A DNA stretch of 64,000 nucleotides, taken from contig PPGI01000010.1 in the NCBI GenBank assembly GCA_003173855.1, forward strand, positions 148,696-212,695. Direction: 5' to 3'. The translations under genes were made by a program, and so were the position numbers. The stretch is from Candidatus Zambryskiibacteriota bacterium (lineage in GTDB: Bacteria > Patescibacteriota > Minisyncoccia > Phycocordibacterales > DATDWN01). Shown one piece after another: positions 58,556 through 64,000 of this stretch; within the stretch, counting starts at the first letter, position 1, and each line of letters starts with the position of its first letter. The notes under the pieces are model-generated. The model was given only the letters and a program-made list of their open reading frames with translations, was not told the origin of the DNA and did not search any database.

Positions 58556-59479
58556 TGGTTTTGGTGCAGGATACATATTAACTGGAATAGATTCCGAGAA
58601 ACAATAATGTCCAGCAGGATGATTCCAAGATTGATATCCGACAGGCCTCATATAAATATTAGGTTGTGATGCTTCTGGACTTTGAGAATTGAAATTTGCA
58701 CAAAGCTCGTAAGCTTTAGAACTTTGACCAATTAATTTGTACTCGTATGGATTACCTGTTTGCGGATCGTTAGGAATGCTTTGATATCCAGTTCCAGCAG
58801 CCAATTCACTTAGATTTTGTGGTAATGAACCTTTCATTGAGTAATAACTTTGAACATAACTATTTATATTTTGAAGGTCATTTACTTTCTGTTCATCGTA
58901 CCGAAGCAACTGCTGTGTTCGAGGAGAACCGATTACAGAAAAACCCCAAGTAATTCCGCCCACTACAATAACAAGTGCAACAATCGTCCAAACTTTTCTT
59001 GATGCAGAATTTAATTTTTCGCGAATATCTTGAATGTAATAGAAGAAAACAAGTAGAGTTAGAACAAAGAGACTAAAAACTTTCATCAGAAATCCTGTTG
59101 TCAATTCTTGTCCATCAATAAAGTAGTAAATAACTGTAACCAAATCTATTGCCATTGTTAATCCTGCTATAAAAAGTGTGATGTATGTTAGCCAGCGTCG
59201 GATTGGTAAATTTCTTTTTTGTGGATCTTTTACGTAGTCTCGCTCAAGTAACCACATTAACAAAATGTAAACTGGGAAAAATATGATCAGTGTTGCAACA
59301 GGCCAAGAAATTGTTCCAGAATAGGATCCATAATAGTAGCCACTGTTAACCTGTGGCCATGCACGGTTAATAACAGTAAACAAAAGATTAACAAGTGTGA
59401 TAACTACTGTATATAAAGCGACAATCGCTCCCAAATTTAAGAAAAAATCTTTTGCACTCGTTTTTTGATTTGGTTCCAT
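58550..59479 (-). CDS. membrane protein (DUF5671-like) with pilin-like C-terminal region
   Basis: 5 TM 'KDFFLNLG', 'RRWLTY.TLF'; 'D.QKVNDL..I..Y...G.LP..L..L', 'DPQTG.PYEY', 'YELCANF'. Confidence 0.75.
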   Translation of the reverse strand: MEPNQKTSAKDFFLNLGAIVALYTVVITLVNLLFTVINRAWPQVNSGYYYGSYSGTISWPVATLIIFFPVYILLMWLLERDYVKDPQKRNLPIRRWLTYITLFIAGLTMAIDLVTVIYYFIDGQELTTGFLMKVFSLFVLTLLVFFYYIQDIREKLNSASRKVWTIVALVIVVGGITWGFSVIGSPRTQQLLRYDEQKVNDLQNINSYVQSYYSMKGSLPQNLSELAAGTGYQSIPNDPQTGNPYEYKLIGQSSKAYELCANFNSQSPEASQPNIYMRPVGYQSWNHPAGHYCFSESIPVNMYPAPKPL

Positions 59480-59548
59480 AATTTTTTATTAATTTTCTTC
59501 ATTTTAGCATAATTTAACCCTGCAAGCACTCAGCCTGCAGGGTCAAAA

Positions 59549-59743
59549 CTACTTCTCTCTCTTTGAGACTCGAAACTTCACGAGACCCATGTTTTTCCTA
59601 GCGAGATCACCAACTGCTTCCATCTCGCATCGCCCCATACCTACAGATTCTCGTGCTCGCGGATCCTCTGTCCTTGCATGGCAAATGCCATTCCGCGTAT
59701 CAAATCTAACTTCCGGATCACACTCGTACTCATAGTTATCCAT
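59549..59743 (-). CDS. orphan protein (64 aa), solitary cassette
   Basis: SD AGGAG, GC-richer codons, hairpin ACCCTGCA/TGCAGGGT at 59517-59543. Confidence 0.65.
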   Translation of the reverse strand: MDNYEYECDPEVRFDTRNGICHARTEDPRARESVGMGRCEMEAVGDLARKNMGLVKFRVSKREK

Positions 59744-59804
59744 ACAATCTCCTAGAGAGTTCTAGCTAAACTTTATCTTGATGAAGCTTAAATTTAGATG
59801 AAGA

Positions 59805-60809
59805 TTATATTTTAAACTCGATCACATCGCCGTCTTGAACTATGTAATCCTTGCCCTCTGTTCGTACGAGACCTTTTTCGCGTGCAGCAGCGTACGATCC
59901 AGCAGAAATTAAATCATTGTAATTTATGACTTCTGCACGAATAAATTTGTCTTTAAAATCGGTATGAATTGCGGTCCCAGCCATTGGTGCATTCCAACCC
60001 TTGGTAATTGTCCAAGCTCGAGTTTCATCAGCTCCAGTTGTAAAGTATGTGATCAAATTTAGAGTTTCGTAACTTTTTTTAATCAAATCATCAAAACCAG
60101 TTTGGAAAACCGGATCAACTATTACATTTGGTTTTGGCATATCTTTCGATATATCAAAAGATATGGATTCAGATGCTTCAGATGTATTTAGTGCATACAA
60201 AATTGGCTTTTCTGTTAGCAAATGCATTCCTTTCAATACGATTTTCTCTTCTGGAGTAAGTTCCACACTGTTTGCAAGCTTGCTATCTTCAAGCGCTAAC
60301 AAAACTTTTTTTAAAACTTGTTCCTCAAAAATTGCATCTTTTTTCCCAGCTTTAACATCCTTTCCTAAATTAGCTAATCTTTTTTTTACAGTTTCGGTAT
60401 CAGCTAAAATAAGTTCAAGATTTATAACCTCAATATCAGATAGTGGATCAACTTTTCCGTGAACATGAATTATGTCATCGTCTTTGAAAACTCGAACCAT
60501 TTCTAATATTGCATCCACTTCACGAATGTTTGAAAGAAATTTATTTCCAAGTCCTTCGCCTTCGCTTGCGCCTTTAACAAGCCCAGCAATGTCTACGAAC
60601 TCTACAACTGCTGGAATTGTTTTTGCTGATCGAGACAAGTCAGAAAGTTTTTGCAATCGATCATCCGGAACAGGAACAATGCCAACCGAAGGATCAATAG
60701 TACAAAATGGATAATTCTCCGCAGGCACAGACTTTTTTGTTAGTGCATTAAATAACGTGGACTTCCCCACGTTTGGCAGCCCCACAATTCCCATAGATAT
60801 ATTGGCCAT
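59805..60809 (-). CDS. ychF: redox-regulated ATPase YchF
   Basis: 'GIVGLPNVGKSTLFNALT', 'NYPFCTIDP', 'DIAGLVKGAS.GEGLGN.FL', TGS domain. Confidence 0.98.
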   Translation of the reverse strand: MANISMGIVGLPNVGKSTLFNALTKKSVPAENYPFCTIDPSVGIVPVPDDRLQKLSDLSRSAKTIPAVVEFVDIAGLVKGASEGEGLGNKFLSNIREVDAILEMVRVFKDDDIIHVHGKVDPLSDIEVINLELILADTETVKKRLANLGKDVKAGKKDAIFEEQVLKKVLLALEDSKLANSVELTPEEKIVLKGMHLLTEKPILYALNTSEASESISFDISKDMPKPNVIVDPVFQTGFDDLIKKSYETLNLITYFTTGADETRAWTITKGWNAPMAGTAIHTDFKDKFIRAEVINYNDLISAGSYAAAREKGLVRTEGKDYIVQDGDVIEFKI

Positions 60810-60849
60810 TCCTAAAATATGCCTTATTTTAAGCTCATTTTCAAGCTAT

Positions 60850-60892
60850 TTGACAATACTATTTTATCATGATAGTATTTCTTTAGGAGGTG
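60850..60892 (+). promoter_or_regulatory. sigma70 promoter and SD heading the small-ORF array
   Basis: TTGACA(60850)-17-TAGTAT with TG extension; AGGAGGTG at 60885-60892. Confidence 0.75.
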
Positions 60893-60896
60893 CCTC

Positions 60897-61164
60897 ATGG
60901 TACTGAACGATCTGACACTGGGAGAAATGCTGGTACCCCACCCTTCTTCCCGACATGGTGCAGAAGTATGGAGACGGACCATTCAAAGTGGTCGGTCTCA
61001 ATCTCTGGACCAAACAGAACCCGAAGCTGTCAGTCGCTCCCTACAGAGTTACCCTCGAGCTTCCCAATGGAACTCGAGTGGAACTTGCCGGCGAGTGGGT
61101 CAGCCGCACCACACAAGACGACTGCGATATCTATGGCGGACCCTGTATCGGTGCAGACGCGTAA
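60897..61164 (+). pseudogene. array gene 1, apparently split by a +1 frameshift (~88 aa if repaired)
   Basis: SD-led ATG 60897 (MVLNDLTLGEMLVP) joins the frame of 60955-61164 (DMVQKYGDGPFKVVG...) if one base near CCCC 60936-60939 is removed. Confidence 0.6.
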
Positions 61165-61174
61165 CAGTGGGAGT

Positions 61175-61272
61175 GTTCTTTCGGGTGAGTTGTTAACTCG
61201 CCCTCCTACCAAAGTTTTCAAATTAAGATTTATGAATTGAAAGTTTTGGTGGGACGAAATAGTTTCGTCTTG
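61175..61272 (+). repeat. structured intergenic repeat, copy 1
   Basis: P1 GGGTGAGTT/AACTCGCCC; P2 TCCTACCAAAGTTTTCAA/TTGAAAGTTTTGGTGGGA; P3 GACGAAA/TTTCGTC. Confidence 0.85.
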
Positions 61273-61282
61273 CGGCTTCCCG

Positions 61283-61570
61283 GTGAAAGGTCGAAACGAT
61301 ATCATCGTGACTCCGCTCAGTTTCTTGGAAGAAAATCAAGGCATCAAAGAAGAGCATGTGAAGTACGAGCTTTCGAAACTTCACGGCTGCTCACCGTGCG
61401 ACATCACGATCTCGTTCTCACATGGAGTTCGAGCTCGTCGAGACGGAATTCCCAACAGTCGGGAGTACTACTTCGCTTCAAAGGCTGAAGAAAGAAGGTA
61501 CAAAGCCAGTCGTCGGTACTCACATGGTCTTGATCCGGACATGCCACCGCCGGGATGGATTCCCGATTAG
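61283..61570 (+). CDS. array gene 2, orphan (95 aa), probably 5'-truncated
   Basis: Open frame between repeat copies 1 and 2; no SD or ATG upstream. Confidence 0.5.
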   Translation: MKGRNDIIVTPLSFLEENQGIKEEHVKYELSKLHGCSPCDITISFSHGVRARRDGIPNSREYYFASKAEERRYKASRRYSHGLDPDMPPPGWIPD

Positions 61571-61667
61571 TTCTTCGGGCGAACCTTGTGTTCGCCCTCC
61601 CATCAAAGTTTTCAAAAGGTTGAAAGTTTTGGTGGGACGAATAGTTCGTCTTGTTCTTTGTGAGGTG
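61570..61667 (+). repeat. structured intergenic repeat, copy 2
   Basis: P1 GGGCGAAC/GTTCGCCC; P2 TCCCATCAAAGTTTTCAA/TTGAAAGTTTTGGTGGGA; P3 GACGAA/TTCGTC; then TTGTTCTTTG and SD GAGGTG. Confidence 0.85.
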
Positions 61668-61752
61668 AAAAATGTTGTAGCGTTTCAATCCCTTTTTGAA
61701 TCTGACTTCTTTTGACTAAAACCAACAACATCCGAATTAAGAGGAGTGTACA

Positions 61753-62217
61753 ATGCAGAATCTCAAAGACCAACTCCTCCGCAGCGGACTTGTTTCAAAA
61801 GAACAGGTTCAAAAAGCGGAGGACGAACGTCGACAACAGGAAGCGCTGGCCAAGTTCGAGAAGACGTGTGAGCTACGTGACTTCGTCACAGCTTATCCAA
61901 AATTCAAGGACGGGCTTCGTGGACTTCCTCCTGACACGCCAATAACCATTGATCCAGAGCTCGAACAAAAGATGATCTGGGCCAGATGGCCACAGCGTGG
62001 CAGGAAGCTCGAGACAGGATACGGTTCACCGTATCTCGGTACGACTCTCGTTGTACGAATTGACCGACACACTGGCTTGGCACATCGATTCCCGATCGAG
62101 CCAGATCAGACTGGACGTCCAGTCTGGGAAATTGGCAGTAACCAATTTGCTCATTGCGATGTCGCTGTCGTCGAACAGGGCGAGAGAGATGTCGAGATCT
62201 TCGTCAAACTCGTCTGA
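61753..62217 (+). CDS. array gene 3, orphan (154 aa), N-terminus resembling DUF2058/YaiL
   Basis: SD GAGGAG; 'NLKDQLLRSGLVSKEQVQKAE'. Confidence 0.75.
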   Translation: MQNLKDQLLRSGLVSKEQVQKAEDERRQQEALAKFEKTCELRDFVTAYPKFKDGLRGLPPDTPITIDPELEQKMIWARWPQRGRKLETGYGSPYLGTTLVVRIDRHTGLAHRFPIEPDQTGRPVWEIGSNQFAHCDVAVVEQGERDVEIFVKLV

Positions 62218-62219
62218 CC

Positions 62220-62311
62220 CACCTCAACACGGGGAACAACGCGTTCCCCGTCCCATCAAAGTTTTTAATTAGATTGAAAATTTTGGTGGGACAATTAAGT
62301 TCATTGAGGTG
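62220..62311 (+). repeat. structured intergenic repeat, copy 3
   Basis: P1 CGGGGAAC/GTTCCCCG; P2 TCCCATCAAAGTTTTTAA/TTGAAAATTTTGGTGGGA; AAGTTCATTG plus SD GAGGTG; outer CACCTCAA/TTGAGGTG. Confidence 0.85.
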
Positions 62312-62315
62312 ACTC

Positions 62316-62561
62316 ATGCGTTTGCAAATGATTTACATTACTGAGTCTATGGGTTCGAATAAGAGTATTGAATTTCGTGACATAGATGACATCAGGAAAG
62401 TGCAGATGGAAATGCATTCGGGCTCACTCAAGTTTTCTGACCCAAGGATTCTTGCAATCGTTCCTGAAAAGTTAGCATTTGAAATTGCACTAGTATTCCA
62501 AAAGGAGTTGAAAATAACAATTTCATGGTCAGCATCGAGCGAGCATGACTTCCAAAAATAG
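62316..62561 (+). CDS. array gene 4, orphan (81 aa)
   Basis: SD GAGGTG, ATG 62316, followed by a terminator. Confidence 0.7.
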   Translation: MRLQMIYITESMGSNKSIEFRDIDDIRKVQMEMHSGSLKFSDPRILAIVPEKLAFEIALVFQKELKITISWSASSEHDFQK

Positions 62562-62566
62562 AACCT

Positions 62567-62599
62567 GAGCCCCACGAATCGTTCGTGGGGTTTTTGTTT
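62567..62599 (+). terminator. intrinsic terminator closing the array
   Basis: CCCCACGAA-tcg-TTCGTGGGG followed by TTTTTGTTT. Confidence 0.8.
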
Positions 62600-62633
62600 A
62601 TAAATTTTACATAAATGAGAAAGGCACCTTTTT

Positions 62634-62996
62634 TCACGGTGCCCTTCGAAGTTGTACACGAGAATGAACAAGTCGTAGTGGCTTTATGACAGATTTCATT
62701 TCGCTGCCAGAGCAAATGTATTCGTGGCTGATTTTTCTTATTGTCTGATCAAGAAATTCAACCGTAATGTACTCAATCTCGAAAAGAGGATCCTCAAGAT
62801 TGATGATCTTGCCTGTCTGCCACTTCTGTTTTCCCTCATCAGTGAAAACATCAACGCTTGCGCCCAGATCAAACTGAACCTGGTAATTTTCCATCCAAGA
62901 ATTCTGGACGCTAACACTTACAATTTTGAAAGCTTACGTAGCTTCTATATAGTGCGTCTTTACAGTCCAAATAATATCGCCTGGTCCAATGTCCAT
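62634..62996 (-). pseudogene. cassette gene with in-frame TAA at codon 21; SH3/Tudor-like segments
   Basis: TTGACA-17-AATAAT, SD GAGGTG, ATG 62996: MDIGPGDIIWTVKTHYIEAT*AFKIVSVSVQNSWMENYQ...; stop at 62934-62936. Confidence 0.7.
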
Positions 62997-63044
62997 CGCT
63001 CACCTCTTTTCGAATTATTAAAAATTTAGAAATCTTTGTCAAAA

Positions 63045-63422
63045 TTATTCTCCAGTTTTTCCAATGATTGATTCGACAGCATTAGTTATTGTTTTTAGTG
63101 ATTCATCAGATTTTACAATGTAACCGCGAACACCATGTTCAATACCAGCATTGACTTTATCAGACCCAGAAAAATTGGAGGTAATTAAAACAGGAATTTT
63201 ATTGTTTTCTCTATCTTTTTGCAAAATATTTAAAAAATCAATCCCACCAAGTTTTGGCATCATTAAATCAAGAATAATTAAATTTGGCTGTTCTTTTTCT
63301 GTCATCACCAATCCTTCTTGGCCATCTGATGCCGATATAACTTCGTAACCAGCGTTTTTTAGAGCTCCTGACGTTGTTTCTTGAAATGTCGGATCATCAT
63401 CAATTATCAATATTTTTTTCAT
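63045..63422 (-). CDS. single-domain response regulator (CheY-like receiver)
   Basis: 'ILIIDDD', 'IILDLMMPKLGG', 'YIVK'. Confidence 0.95.
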   Translation of the reverse strand: MKKILIIDDDPTFQETTSGALKNAGYEVISASDGQEGLVMTEKEQPNLIILDLMMPKLGGIDFLNILQKDRENNKIPVLITSNFSGSDKVNAGIEHGVRGYIVKSDESLKTITNAVESIIGKTGE

Positions 63423-63431
63423 AATAATATT

Positions 63432-64000
63432 TTAACTTAACGGGAGCACGAAGTAAAAGTTCGAGCCTACGCCTAATTCCGACCAAACACCAATCGAACC
63501 CCCATGACCTTCAACAATTCCCTTGGCAATTGCAAGTCCCAGTCCTGAGCCTTTCTGCCCAGTTTTTGGTTTGTTACCAAGCTGTTTAAATTTTGTAAAT
63601 AATTCTTTAGTTGCACTCTCAGAAATTCCCGCGCTGGTATCCGAGACTCCAACAACAATTGAATCAGCGAGGTTAACAAATTTATCTTCTGGCAATTTTA
63701 CAGTCAGTTTATCCGGCAATCGTGCTAATTCATCTGTAATTTTTGAACCAGCTTTGTGATGAAGTGCAAAAATATCGATCGTTCCGCCTGTGAGAGAAAA
63801 TTTAATGGCATTCGATATTAAATTGTTCAGCACTTGCTTGATGCTTGATTCATCAATCGGAACTTGTGGCGGCAATTCAGGATCATACAAAGCGATAATT
63901 TTTAATTTTGCATCATCTGCACTGGGTTTAAAGAATTCAAGGCGATTGGCAATTGCCTGTTTTATGTCTTTTGGTTCTTTTTTTACTTCAAACTTTCCAG
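63432..64000 (-). CDS. sensor histidine kinase, C-terminal part (runs off the window)
   Basis: 'QVLNNLISNAIKF', 'GSGLGLAIAKGIVEGHGG', 'GSNFYF'. Confidence 0.9.
   Translation of the reverse strand, partial: GKFEVKKEPKDIKQAIANRLEFFKPSADDAKLKIIALYDPELPPQVPIDESSIKQVLNNLISNAIKFSLTGGTIDIFALHHKAGSKITDELARLPDKLTVKLPEDKFVNLADSIVVGVSDTSAGISESATKELFTKFKQLGNKPKTGQKGSGLGLAIAKGIVEGHGGSIGVWSELGVGSNFYFVLPLS

Noticed and set aside
61204-61254. P2 stems as simple intrinsic terminators
   Set aside because: No U tract follows them, the stems are long and AU-rich, and a normal terminator closes the array at 62567.
60890-61945. Overlapping alternative ORFs in the array (60890-61240, 61030-61305, 61237-61488, 61404-61688, 61422-61715, 61712-61945)
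   Set aside because: They run through the structured repeats, lack SDs and are expected by chance in GC-richer DNA.
61175-62311. CRISPR array interpretation of the three repeats
   Set aside because: Units are ~95 bp, diverged, separated by 300-550 bp of coding sequence; no cas genes in the window.
61175-62311. Classical integron attC sites
   Set aside because: No RYYYAAC...GTTRRRY cores or extrahelical bases, pairing relies on top-strand G-T, and no intI nearby.
62934-62936. Stop-codon reassignment explaining in-frame stops
   Set aside because: TAA, TAG and TGA all terminate conserved genes here (code 11); the interruptions are isolated lesions.

Overview
AT-rich bacterial chromosome segment using genetic code 11. 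The gene set (truncated AlaRS, archaeal-type AspRS, FtsA-like plus baseplate-J-like pair, sigma70-r4/HTH protein, almost no metabolic genes) suggests a Patescibacteria/CPR (Parcubacteria-like) genome; this is an inference. The backbone is housekeeping: aminoacyl-tRNA synthetases, ribosomal proteins with rpoA, dnaB/recR/rmuC, scpAB, mraY/ftsW/murG, dnaK/dnaJ/grpE, mnmA, mltG, ychF and ABC transporters. No tRNA, rRNA, CRISPR array, transposase or integrase was seen. Most notable non-routine signals: (1) at 60.85-62.6 kb a GC-richer operon of small orphan ORFs, several decaying, separated by three copies of a covarying structured element (P1 hairpin, 18-bp G-U-containing P2 stem, boxA-like GTTCTTTG, SD); (2) about 11 solitary promoter-SD-orphan ORF-hairpin cassettes between core genes, while many core genes look leaderless (-10 box 6 nt before the start); (3) two ERIC-like palindromic elements plus other palindromic inserts, one in frame inside mnmA; (4) a SAM-centred cluster (AdoMetDC-like + SET protein, divergent from a split membrane sensor / small protein / soluble His kinase, then a methyltransferase). 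All protein calls come from recognising motifs by eye; no database search was run.
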